Source: the human T2T-CHM13v2.0 reference genome, Homo sapiens. From it: a stretch of 64,000 bases of DNA. Positions 14,509-31,490 of the stretch are shown here, piece after piece; within the stretch, counting starts at the first letter, position 1; the number at the start of each line of letters is the position of its first letter. The notes below the pieces were generated by a model. That model ran no database searches. It had not been told where the DNA came from and worked only from the letters and a program-made list of their open reading frames with translations. The position numbers and the translations under genes are program-made. The stretch lies in the NCBI RefSeq assembly GCF_009914755.1, contig NC_060927.1; one strand, written 5' to 3'.

Positions 14509-16230
<1,722 letters not shown>

Positions 16231-16671
16231 TACATCAGAGCAGTTTTTCAGATTTTTTAATGGGCTGGGACTCAAGGCAAAAGCAAAAATGGAATTGATT
16301 TAAATAAATAAAAATAAAAGATTTCATCTTTTCTTCCCCTCTCACAATCCCCTCAGGTCACTCTCTGACACACAAAGGAATGGCAAAAATGCAATCCAAC
16401 ATTGAATCATAAATTACTAGACACCAGCAGCTGTGCTAGGTGCTGGGACACCAAGAGGGATCATACCTGGTTTCTGCCCTTGAGAAGCTCACAACGTAAA
16501 CAGGGATAGAGGTGGGTGCACAGTGAATGCTCATACAAATCAGACTGCAGCGCGGCAAAGCACAAGACAGTGCTTCACTCGGCTGGGGGGATAGTCAGTA
16601 CTGACTGTGTTAGGAGTTTGAAGACTGTGGCCTCACAGAGGAGGTGACAATGAGTAGAACCTTGATGAGAC

Positions 16672-16972
16672 TTTTTTTTTCTTTTGAGAGACAGGGTTTC
16701 GCTCTGTCACCCAGGCTGTGGCAGGAGTGCAGTGGCACAATCATAGCTCACTGCAGCCTCAAACTCCTGGCTTAAGTGATCCTCCCACCTTAGCCTCCCT
16801 AGTAGCTAGGACTACAGGTGCACTGCCACACCTGGCTAAGTTTTTTAATTTTTGTAGAGATGGGATCTTGCTGTGTTGCTCGGGCTGGTCTCAAACTCCT
16901 GGGCTCAAGCAATCCTTCCACCTTGGCCTCTCAAAGTGCTGGGATTGCAGGAATGAGTCACTGTGCCCAGCC
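16672..16972 (-). mobile_element. AluJ
   Basis: antisense Alu with J-type CTCAAACTCCTGGGCTCAAGCAATCC. Confidence 0.9.
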
Positions 16973-17999
16973 AGGATAAGATAAATTAAATAAGCAGAGA
17001 AGGTGGAGAGATGTGGCAGAGGAAACGGCAGAGGGAACATCCCAGCAGTGCCCCCTGTGACATTTGGGGGAGTCATGGGTATTTTGATGGGGCAGGTGCT
17101 TAGGAGCAAACTAATGGGAAAAGAAGCAACGCAGAGCATTTGGTCCCTGGTTTAGCTGTTTGCTGTCTGATGTTCTCTGTGTTTGGGCATCAGCGTCCAA
17201 GCCCTGCTTATGCCCACTGGGCCAGTCTCTCAGGAGAGCAACAGGGTACCCTATACCTATTCATTCAGAGCCAGCAGCCAGGTGATTACTCAGCATAAAG
17301 AAACTTCTTTTGAGCCACATCATCCATGACATTGGATCCAAACTGCCAAGTCCACAAGGCTGCAAAATTTCCCCAATGTATTCATTTGGGTTCCAGTTAA
17401 ATGGACAATAATGATCCTTTAGGAGTGTGTGGTGAAGTGTGAACACATCCAGCACCTTCTGCTTTACAAAACACTTTCTCACCTGTTGACCAGATGACTC
17501 TACCCATGCTCCCACCAGTTAGGGAGGCAGAGAAAATGTACCCCATTTGATAGATGAGGAAACAGGCTAGAGTTGCCAACTAGGTTCAAGGTCGATGTCC
17601 CCTGTCATAGTGGCTGAAGGACATAAACAGTGTGAAGGTCAGGGGCGGGAGAAGAAGTGATTTATTGACCAGGTCTCCATCCAGCCTTTTTGGGATATGA
17701 CTCTTTCAGCAGAATGTCAAAAAGTCTAATTTTCTGTGGACTCCAGAAAAGTTGATTTTGATCAGATCAACAAGCCACCTCAGAGTGTTGAACTCATACC
17801 CTCTGGCTTTTTCTGCTAATGACTATGAAATTCACATTCAGTGATGAACCTCTTCTCAGGATGGAATGCTTTTATAGTAATGCCAATTAATAACTTTCTT
17901 CTTCTCCTAGCCCTCTTTGTGATGTTGAATCACAGGGCATAGATGCTGGCAGGGCTTTAGAGGCACTAGTAATGTGGTTTTTAAATTTTTTTCATTGAC

Positions 18000-18180
18000 T
18001 GATCAGCATCTTTCATCTCCTTGGTTCATAACCTGTGAAGTAGGCAACAGCCTGGATCATTATCCCCATCTTATACGCGAAATAACCAAGAAAAAAAGCG
18101 GCTAAGCCACTTACCCAAGTTGTAGAGCTAGGTCTAGAACATGTCTTATGACTCCCAAACAATGCTCAATCTACTACATC
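18000..18180 (-). mobile_element. MIR
   Basis: ATTATCCCCATCTTATAC...CCACTTACCCAAG. Confidence 0.6.
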
Positions 18181-19379
18181 AAACTTCCTTTCTCTTCCAC
18201 CCTGCAGATTAGATGCAAATTACGACATGCTTGAGCTTCACCGAGAAGGAAACCAGCTCAGAGAGGAGTAGAGGTCTGGCCTTCATGGCAGTGTGGGAGA
18301 GCTCCTTGACTCTTACCCTCCCTCCAGAGAGAGAAACAGTTTCCCTTCAAACCATCATGAGGATTGTTGCACGCCAGCTCTGTCTTAACTTAAATATGAC
18401 TCCAGGTCAATATCAAAAGGAAGGTGACAGTGTCCACCTACCCATTCCCCAGTAGCTGGCCACATTGTGCCGTCCTAGCCACAGCTGAGCCTGCTCCAGG
18501 CCATTCTCTTGAAACACATACTAGCATCCTCCCCCGAGCCCAGCTTCCACTGACAGGCAGGTTCTGAATCCAGCAGGCTGCTGCCTGAAGCAGCTCCCAG
18601 CAGGAGCTAGATGGAGGCCGGCAAGGTTACAGGTGCTTTTCATCCAGCCTCACAGGAGAGCACCAACTTCCTGCTGCTAGAAATTTGTCTGCAAATTTTT
18701 GTCTTCATTCAAATCGATGGATAGAAGCCGGGAGACACTGGGGTGATATGATAACTTGATTAAGCCCCAGAACAGATGACACGGTAGCTTAAAGGCCATG
18801 TGCTCTCCTCCTTAACCTCTCCCAGGGAGACCGCAGGCTTTGCTAGTAATTGGCCCATTGTCCTTCCACTGCGATTCCTGCACAAGCCGGGAATCGCCTG
18901 GCTAGGGGCTCCTCTCTGGGGCAGCCTTAAATACTCTCAGACCAGTCAGGCCTAGGGAACTGTAAAAAATACCTGTGCAATGGAACATACCAGAGTCACA
19001 TTCTGAGAAGCTAAAAATGACCCTTACTGAAAACAATGACCTAGGATATTCTCCCATCCTCAAGCACAACTGTAAATTGCAACACACACAGGGATGAAAG
19101 CCCAAGACTGTTAAAAGGTGTTCAAACTTTTAGAATATTCCGTTCTTTTGGGGGAAAATCCCCCTGACCTTTCATTTTTGTCGAGGTTGGTGTCTCCTGC
19201 TGGATTACCCATTATTGAGAATGTTTTTGATCAACCACTTCCAGATACTCTGGCATTCACTGGTGTGAGCCCGTCTTGGGTGAGCTAAGGTGGATACCTG
19301 TGTATATCATTGCCTCTGGAAAAGAGATAGGTGGGTTCCAAGCCAGAAAGAAGAGTGCTAAATAGAAGATATAAGTAGA

Positions 19380-20010
19380 GCTGGGCGTGGGGTCGTGAAC
19401 AGTGGCTCAGGCCTGTAATCTCAGCACTTTGGGAGGCTGAGGCGGGCAGATCACCTGAGGTCAGGAGTTGGAGACTGGCCTGGCCAACATGCCAAAACCT
19501 CGTCTCTACTTTAAAAAAAAAAAAAAGGGCCGGGCACAGTGGCTCATGCCTGTAATCCCAGCACTTTGGGAGGCCAAGGCGGGCGGATCCCGAGGTCAGG
19601 AGGTCGAGACCATCCTGGCTAACATGGTGAAACCTCGTCTCTACTAAAAATACAAAAAAAAAAAAAATTAGCCAGGCGTGGTGGCGGGCGCCTGTAGTGC
19701 CAGCTACTCGGGAGGCTGAGGCAGGAGAATGGCGTGAACCCGGGAGACGGAGCTTGCAGTGAGCGCGGCACTGCACTCCATTCAGCCTGGTCGACAGAGC
19801 GGGACTCCGTTTCAAAAAAAAAAAAAAAAAAGTAGCCGGGTGTGGTGGCGGACGCCTGTAATCCCAGCTACTTGGGAGGTTGAGGCAGGAGAATCGCTTG
19901 CACCTGGGAGGCGTAGGCTTAGGAAAGAGGAGGCTTCAGTGAGCCGAGACCGCATCACTGCACTCCAGCCTGGGCGACAAAGCGAGACTCCATCTAAAAA
20001 AAAAAAAAAA
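19380..20010 (+). mobile_element. AluS host split by a nested AluY
   Basis: left arm 19380-19526, right arm 19832-20010; TSD AAGAT(A/G)TAAGTAGA at 19366-19379 and 20009-20022. Confidence 0.9.
19528..19831 (+). mobile_element. AluY nested in the A-linker of an AluS
   Basis: Y diagnostics ACCATCCTGGCTAAC, GAATGGCGTGAACCCGGG, GCTTGCAGTGAGC. Confidence 0.9.
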
Positions 20011-20519
20011 GATGTAAGTAGATATTTGCTGTGATGATAGTTTTGCATTCTATTTTAAAATCTTCTGTCAGTCTTTGTTCAGTGATAGACTTAAGACATT
20101 TAAGAGCTGAGAGGGAGCGGAACACGAATCCCCTCAACCCATTTTTTTTTAGGAATATATGAGAGGAATAAAATTCGCTACTGTCTGCTCAAAGTTTGAG
20201 TTGGACCCTTGCTGGGGAATGTGAAAAACAAAGCTGTTGGTGACGCTTTGAAAATCAGCAAGGTGTACTATTAAAGGTTAAATAAATGCTATTTTAAATT
20301 CTCATTCATTATGATTTATTGCTCAAGTCTCCCTATGAGAAAGAGGGCTACAGTATGCCAACATCACCCCTTTCTGTCTTTGTCATGGGAATGGAATGTC
20401 TTTTGAACTGCTAAAGTAGATAATTCCATGCCTGGAAGAAAAACGAAGGCAGGGGGAGGGGAGAGTAGAAGGAAAAAAGATCCTCTCATTTCCTAATAAC
20501 TGCAAAGGCCAGGAATGTG

Positions 20520-21330
20520 CCACAGCGGCATTCAGGAAAATTCGGCGATGCGTGCCACCGTTGGGTGCGCGCCCCGTCCCTCTAGTGCCAGGTGGGGGAC
20601 TGGGAAGCCGCCTCTGCCATCTGCCAAGGACCCACGCGGCCTGAGTGATTTACCCATTCCCGGCAATGGCGAGATTTCTTTCTAAAAAAAAAGAAAAAAG
20701 AAAGAAAAAAAAAATCTTTGTTGTTTCACCGTTGGCCTCTTGGCCTCGAAGGGCAGCGCGCGCCCCGCCTGCAGTCCCCCGGGCCGCGCGGCTGGAAAGG
20801 CCTCTCTGAAGGGGGCGTTCCGCTCTGCCCACTGCGACTCCGGCCATTGTCCTCATTCGCCCCGCACGGGGACTGAGGAGGGGGCTTTTTAAGTAGTTCC
20901 CCGGGAACAAAGGGGGCTCAGGCGCCGGGCTTCATTACGGGCTCGTTGGCCACACCAGCGGCCCCGCCTCTCGCCACAGCCTCGGCCACAACCAGCCCCA
21001 GCCAGTGGCTCAAGGCCGCCGCCGCCGCCAGCTTGCTGGCTCCTCCCGGCCCTCCCCCTCCTGCCCCCTCCGTCCCCTCCCCTCCAGCCCCGGGCCCCCG
21101 CTGCGCCCACGCCCCGCCGGACCGCTCCCGCCTGCCAGGTAAAAGCAGAGCGCCGGGATCCACCCGGCCCCGGGCCGCTCCAGACCTGCCCCACGCCCTG
21201 GCGTGTCCCTTTCCCGGTGGGGACCCTCTAGCGGCCTGAGTTTGAGAGAAGATCTAAGCTAAGCCGCCACAGCGAGGGACCACATTGAGAAGATCGGAGC
21301 CTGCCTGGCCGTTGTGAGCCTCCTCTCCTG
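20520..21330. promoter_or_regulatory. CpG island / candidate promoter
   Basis: dense CpG, GC boxes (CCCCGCC), (GCC)n, C-rich tract; donor-like CAG|GTAAAA at 21138/21139 (+) and TGG|GTAAAT near 20653 (-). Confidence 0.75.
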
Positions 21331-21351
21331 CGGCTGAACAGACCTAACTGA

Positions 21352-21800
<449 letters not shown>

Positions 21801-21911
21801 TAATGTATGAGACACGCTCCTTTCTAGTAGGTGCTGCTTAAATCATAATTAGTGTCATTGTCGCATGGAACCTACAGCATCCAACGTAAGAGGCTTTGAA
21901 AAGTGCTTCTG

Positions 21912-22218
21912 GGCCGGACAAGGTGGCTTCCCCCTGTAATCCCAGCAACTCTTGGGGCTGAAGTGGGAGGATTGCTTGAGGCCAGGAGTTCAAGCACAGT
22001 CTGGGAAACGTGGCAAGAGCTCATCTCTAAAAAATAAAATCAATTAGCCAGGCATGGTGATGCCCACCTGTAGTCTTAGCGACTCAGGGGGCTGAGACAC
22101 GAGAATTGCTTGAGCCCAGGAGTTTAAGCCTCCAGGGAGCTGTGATCACAGCACGGTACTCTAGCCTGGGCAACAAAAGAGACCCAGTCTCTTTTAAAAA
22201 TTTAAAAATAAAATAAGA
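21912..22218 (+). mobile_element. AluJ
   Basis: diverged dimer, GGATTGCTTGAGGCCAGGAGTT; TSD approximately TGAAA(A)GTGCT. Confidence 0.9.
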
Positions 22219-23107
22219 ATGAAAGTGCTCTGAAGTGATGAGGACCGCAATGGAGCGTCAACAGCAGGCTAGGAAATCATAGCACGTGCTCCTCCACTGA
22301 GAGAAACCTCCTCCGTGCGCCCCCTGCTCCTGCCTAAGCTCCTCTGCAGAAGGACCTTCAAAGCCTGGGGCAAGCTCCCCCGCAGGTGCTGCACAATGAT
22401 AAATCCTGATGCATAAGAGCCCCAGACAAGGCTAATGGGCCACGCGTGGGAAGCCAGGAGGTAATTGAATGGAGAGATTTCCCTGGGTGGCTGGGAGGGC
22501 TGCTCCACGCTGAACCATGCCAAGCTCCACTGCTCACAGAGGATCTGGCCAGCGCCCGCAGGAAGTGGGTGAAAGAACATTCACTGGTAGAAAAGAGTGC
22601 AGCCTCCCAGGGGAGCTTCCCATAGGGCCAAAGAGCTCGCACTCCAGCTCCTCGGTGGCACCCCGGATTAGTTGAAAGGCTGCCCTCATTGGTGCCCGCC
22701 CAGAGGACTCCTGATACATCAGATGAGGCCTGGGCAGGCAGGTGGGAAGCACAAACCCACAGGCAGCTGAGAACAGATACAAATCCTCTCCTCCATCCAA
22801 ACAGAAGACCATTTGTTCCTTCTCCGTTGGGGTGGGCACTGAGGAAGGCAGTTTGTTGCAGAGTGGAGCAGACAGCAAGCTGACTGCTGTCCCCAGATTG
22901 CCGCCCACACCTAACCAGGACTAGCCCTGGGAGCAAGGAGGGAAAATGTAGGACAGTGACCAACGGTGGCCCTGCGGATGGGTGAGCACACTCCTACTCC
23001 TTCACACAGCTCATACCAGGCACCAGATCCCAGTGATGCTGTGTCATCCACAGCACACCAGCGGTTACACCTGAGGTTCCCAAAGAAGTAATGGATTTGG
23101 CATTTTC

Positions 23108-23745
<638 letters not shown>

Positions 23746-24418
23746 GGATTTGGCATTTTCAAAGCACACTATCGTTTTCTTGCTGGATTGATGTCTGGCA
23801 AGCTTGCCTGATAACTGGCCTGGGTGTACTTCCTTCTTTGATTTGTATATATTTTAATCTTTTATTTACATGTCCTGCCTATTTTTTTCATAGTGACCGT
23901 GAATTAACTGGAACAGTTTTTTTAATTCTTAAAAAAAGAAACAGAACCCATTGAATAGTCTTAGAACTTAGATCTACCAGTGAGAGAAACTGCTAGTTGA
24001 GACTAAAATAGAGCTTTAAACTACCAAGAGATGTAGAGGCCCGGGGCGCTTGTGGGCAAGCACGTGTCAGCATGGGGAGGAAGAGGCACAGCCGCAGCCC
24101 AGGACCCATGCTGATGCCCTCACCACTTCCATCCTCTCAGATAAGATCATTTCACTCCTGAGAGAGGATCTTCCTTCTCCTAAAGCCTCCTAAACCTCAC
24201 GGCCCACACCCAGTCTCTCCGACGTGAAGGGACGCTGTCCTAGGGGCGCCGGGGAGCCCAGTGCAGTCTTCCTGAGGCAAATGTGCCGCACAAGGTTTTC
24301 CCCATCTGGGATCGGGGAGCAACTGAAGGCCTGGCTGCTGGAATGCTCCTGAAACACATTAGGTGAGCAGGCCTCAGGCAAGGCGGGATGAGGCCCAGGA
24401 CCGATGACGCAATCTTGG

Positions 24419-24436
24419 CCTCCGCTAGAGGGCTGG
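24419..24436 (+). promoter_or_regulatory. CTCF-like motif
   Basis: TCCGCTAGAGGGCTGG. Confidence 0.4.
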
Positions 24437-26099
24437 CTTGGGAAGGAGGTGGAAAGCTTCCATAATGAGATTCCCAGCCCGGCTCAGTCAAGCAGAGGCA
24501 GTGACTTTAGCCAAGGGCCTTGCTCTGGATGGAGCAGAATCCTACGGGCTGCTCTTGGAAGAACTGGTTTAATCTAGAGCAACACGGTCTCAAAATAAGG
24601 GTATTTGTGTACGGGAGGGATGCTTTGGGGGAGAGGAGAGAATATGTAAATATTTTTTGGTGGTGGTTTTAAAAGTCTGGGGAGAAATCTGCTAAATGAA
24701 AAACTTAACATACATTTAATATTCACGTGCATTGCATATAATAAAACAGTCCATTTTAAGTCTAAAGTTTTGTTTTTTAAAAACTCTGTGAAAGCTTCAA
24801 AATGAATTTTGTTCAACCTCCTCTCTTAACTCGACACTTAAATATTAACTGAACTGTTTCTGAACTCCGATTTTGAACTAGTTAAAAATCTTATTTCATT
24901 AGACATTTCTGAAGCCCATAAGATTTCTCCCCAGTGGGGTATGGCCCGCCTGCCCATTGCAGATGAACCAGTACGCTGGCATGTGAGCGGCCTCCACAGC
25001 TCATATGCGGCATGTATATAAAACCAGTGTTTAAGTCAACATCACTTTATTTTTTAAATGCTGGTTTTCAGTCTAATTCACAATTTTTTGGAAACTATAA
25101 TATACTTGATGCTTTTACAGGCTCTCAACATTGATAATACTTGAATCATTGTGGGTGACCTTGGGCTTCTGGAGCTTTAAGGAACAAAGTTAAGTGACAC
25201 ATCCCGTTACAGAAAAAGGTATATTCTGTATATCCTATATTCTATATAACTATGGACTAGTCACCCTCCTTATTCTGATTAGCATTCAAAAGCATCACCA
25301 CAATACCTCTCATACTCTTTTGACGCGGCATAGCACTGGATATATCTGTTCTGTTTCATTGTTGGACCTTTAGCAAACACTTACTGATTTCCTCCAACGT
25401 GCCACGTTCTGTGCTTTCTGTTCTTGAAGCCACATTCAGTAGAAGATACAAACATGGAACAAATAAAGATGGTATTATGTTGTTAAGTGTTAAATTAAAG
25501 AAATAAACAGAGAGCAAAAAGGAGGAAGGTACAAACTCTGCCCAGAAGAGGGAAGAGAAAGTAGGGAAGGCTTCCCTAAGGAGGAAGCATTGGGAATGGC
25601 TCCTTGCTTTTAGGGACCCTGTCTGGGACTGTAACCACAGCTTCCTGAATGGTCTCCAGCTCCCACACTTCAAGCAAGAGGATAAGTAAAGTTCTAACAG
25701 TGTGCTGGGGGACAGCCCTTACCACCACCACAGCCCGCCAGCCCACCCCCGCCAGGCCTGGAGCTCTTCAGCAGGAGTGGGGAATAGCCATTCTGATTAA
25801 AAGTGACAGCCAGACCTCTGCAAGATGTCAACAAGGACCCTCCAACAACTAGTAATAAAGGAACACATTCATTTACTAAGCACTGACATTTTGAAGGGTA
25901 AATTCTGGTGAACGACACCCACTCATCCCTCTGACTCCTACTCTTAGCTAATGACCCTGACAGTCAAGTTGCTTTTGTACCTGCTGTTCCTTCTGCCTAG
26001 AGCACCTTCCTCCTCTTTAAGGACAGGCAATATAGACACCAATTCATCCAGGAAGCCCTCCTGATAACCCCCAACTAAGGGAACGTCGACATCCTCCAC

Positions 26100-28210
<2,111 letters not shown>

Positions 28211-28264
28211 TAGGAAGCTGAGGCATCACCCGAGAAGAAGGCTCAGCGAGTCCGTGTAAGGCAA

Positions 28265-28392
28265 GCGGGACTGTAAGCTCCATGAGGACAGGAACCTTGT
28301 CTCTTGTTCGCCATCGCCCCGCTGTGTGAGCACAGTGCTAGGGATGTACTAGGTGTTCAAAAGGCATATATTGGATGATGAGCTAATGAATG
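28265..28392 (+). mobile_element. L2 3' end
   Basis: GACTGTAAGCTCCATGAGGACAGGAACCTTGTC. Confidence 0.75.
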
Positions 28393-28468
28393 GCAAAATG
28401 GGCAGATTATCACAGTACCTGAAACCACAGGACCTCACCCTAAATGGGCACAGGCCAGATGCCCAGTG

Positions 28469-28469
<1 letters not shown>

Positions 28470-28504
<35 letters not shown>

Positions 28505-28785
28505 AGATGTGGTCTCACTCTGTTGCTCAGCCTGGAGTGCAGTGGCGCAATCACCAACCACTGCAGCCTCGACTTCCTGGGCTCAGGCAATCCTCCCACC
28601 TCAGCTTCCTGAGCAGCTGGGACTACAGGTGTGCACCACCACACCCAGCTAATTTTTGTACTTTTTGTAGAGACAGGGCTTTGCCATGTTGCCCAGGCTG
28701 TTATCGAATTCCTGTGCTCAAGTGATCCACCCACCTCCACCTCCAAAAATGCTGGGATTACAGGCGTGAGCCACCATGCCTAGCC
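28470..28785 (-). mobile_element. AluJ
   Basis: antisense Alu, long T tract, TSD TGCCC(A/G)GTGCT. Confidence 0.9.
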
Positions 28786-31317
28786 TGCCCGGTGCTATTC
28801 TGATTCATACACTTATATTTATAGCCATCAAATCTCAGGGCTGCCTTGGGTCCCTGGGCGACCTCTGGCCAGTCTCTTTCCTGCTCTTGCCTCTCTCACC
28901 GAGCTTAGAAGAGGCTAGGCTTAGGGCTTCTTGTAAAATGACCAGCTTTCTCTAATTGAAGACCAGGGTACCCTATCACATTTGTATCTATTCTTTGCTC
29001 TTTTTCTCTTTCCTAGTGACCCTCATGTTGTCATATTTGTTGCCAAGCTCACTAAGGAGGGCACCACGGGACCAGGGTTGTCACCTCTAGGCAGAGGGGA
29101 AGCTTGAAAATGACAACACATGGCCCTAGGATGTTCATAGGCACCATCACAATTCAACTGCTTCCTCAAGGCCCAGGGAATATTTTTCTTTGCAAACTAC
29201 TAGTATTCTATCAGTATGACTAGTAGTTTAAATTGTTTGGAATCTTCTGGTCCAAGGCAGAGCTGTGGGGCTGTGGAGGCAAAGTCCTGCCTGAAATGGG
29301 ACCCCCTGCAGGGTGCCTGAAGTCTAAGGGTCTGGGTCCTCAGCCACGGATCACACAGCCTGGAGCCTGTGAGTGGGGAGCCCCTGCCACACTTCCCTCA
29401 GCCAGAATCCTAAACCCGCAGGAGTCCCGGGGCTCTGCGACACTCTCTAGCCCAACTCTCTTCAACACCAAACCCCTTATGCATCTGTCAGATGGTCCTT
29501 CAACTTCTGGGTGAAGTGCCGGTTTAAAAGTGAACTGCCAGAGAAGCAGTCGCTCCAGATGTCTTCAAAGGCCAGTGTCTGTAACCCCATCTGTTCTTAC
29601 CTCAAAGGCCAGGCTCCCATCCATCATGATGGGGAGAGGTGGGAAAGGGCTGGCTGGTCCTGTCAACTCCGATAAACAGGTGAAACACTGGCCAGGTGTT
29701 CCTGGAACTGGGATCTCCCCTTTTCTCTCCCATGCTGAGCTGCCTCTTGGAAACATTCGCAAGAGGGTGACAGTCTTCCCTCCAGATCCCTTCTTCGTCC
29801 CCAGGGCACCAGAATAGCAGCTGACAGCCCCAGCACAAGTCCTTGGATTCTTTGTCATGTTTAAGAGGAGGCTGGCGGGTGGAAGATGGGAGAGGAATCC
29901 AATTATTTAGTCAATAAACATGTATTGAGAAGCCAGTGTGTGCCCGGCACCCTTCAAGATGCTTGGGATATCTGAGTGAATGAAACCCACAGGATCTGCT
30001 GCCTGTGGGGCTTGCATTCTAGTGAGGGGAAAGGTCAGAGTTCAGGCAGAGTCTTCCTGACACAACGGGCTTCCCTTCCCCCAGGGCAAGAGGGATCCAG
30101 CCAGGCTCCTGCTGGGCCAGTGGATCAGTCCCCGATCCACTCCCAGAGCAAGCAGCCGCAGTCAGCAGAGACCCCACCCTCCAGATCTGCCAAGCACATC
30201 GGCTGACTCCAGCCCCCAGAGCCACAGAGCCACTCAGCAATCAAGGAGAGTAGCTCCCAGCCACGGTTGGTGGCAACCCCAGGGCCCGCTGTGGGGGATG
30301 CTGTGGGTCCACTCCCTGCCACCTGCTTCCTGCCTGTGTAGCCACAAGGGAAATACCACCTTCTGAGAAGGGGGAGCCTGTCACCCAGATAAGCAGGTTT
30401 TGTGGGCCGCTTCCACAGGAAAACATGCTTTCTAAGAAGCCAGTCTCCTTCCTCTCGTTGTTTTCCTGGCAAGCAGAAGCAGCGTGAACACCTGCAGATC
30501 GCAGCGAGATGAGGTGGATTAAAGTAAACTCTCCTTACTGTTAAAACGCCCAGCATCCCCTCAAATGCTGGGGGTGGCTTCCCAAATATAATCTTTTTAG
30601 AGAAAAAAAAATGCCCACATCTACCACTGTTTGCAAGCAATTCAGACAACTTAGGTGTGTCTTCTCCCTGTTGCGGGCAATGAAAAAGAGGCTGCTGACA
30701 TCTGTTTCCTTTAAGAAACTTGTAAAAAAATCCTCATGCAGATGCGCACGGTTGCTTGGCTATGAGCAAAGCAGCATGCCGTTCCTGACCATCCATGGGC
30801 CCCTCCTAACCTGAGCACTTGCTGGGGCCAGAAGACCCCTGCCCCAGGAGCTGGCAAGGGGGTACATGGTTCGAGGGTGGGTTTCTAGCTCCTAGGGTGG
30901 ACCTTTGACCCAACCAACTCCTAATCAGCAAAAGCCAAACGAGACAAAACCACTGTGGGGAAACTTCTCCCTTTTTAAGCCCCAGCTTGTATAAATTAAT
31001 TCTTTGTATACAACCATGAAAGGAGATCTGAGGTGAAACACAAGTCACCCCAATGGTGTAATGAACTTTCTGAAGCTTAAAAAAAGTCATCAAAACACGG
31101 AGGCAGTTGGGTGAGACATTTCCTCCAATGCAAAATCAGTTTCTACATCAATGATTCTCAGAATGGGGTAAGGTGGCAGGGGAGAGAGTATAATGAGTTT
31201 AGTGGCTTTTTCAAACTACCTGTGTGCCACTCCCATCCTCAATTCTAGAGATTCTGGCACACGCCCCAGGAAGCCTCTCCTGACCGAGAACTCCCGTCAT
31301 GGTGAGTTCTTCTTACT

Positions 31318-31490
31318 CAGTGGTTCTTAAAGATGAGCTTGCACCAGAAGCACCTGCAGGGCCCGGTAAAGCCCAAACCGCTTGTTCCCACCCCCAGTTT
31401 CTGATTCAGTAATCCTGGGGTGGGGTCCAGAATTTGCATTTCTAACAAGTTCCTAGGCGATGCTGTTGCTGGTACCAGGGACTGCACCAA
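31318..31490. mobile_element. MER5A
   Basis: CAGTGGTTCTTAAA...TTTCTGATTCAGTAA..GGGGTGGGGTCCAGAATTTGCATTTCTAACAAGTTCC. Confidence 0.85.

Noticed and set aside
24570-25210. Possible old hAT DNA transposon in an AT-rich stretch
   Set aside because: Could not identify terminal inverted repeats or a family with confidence.
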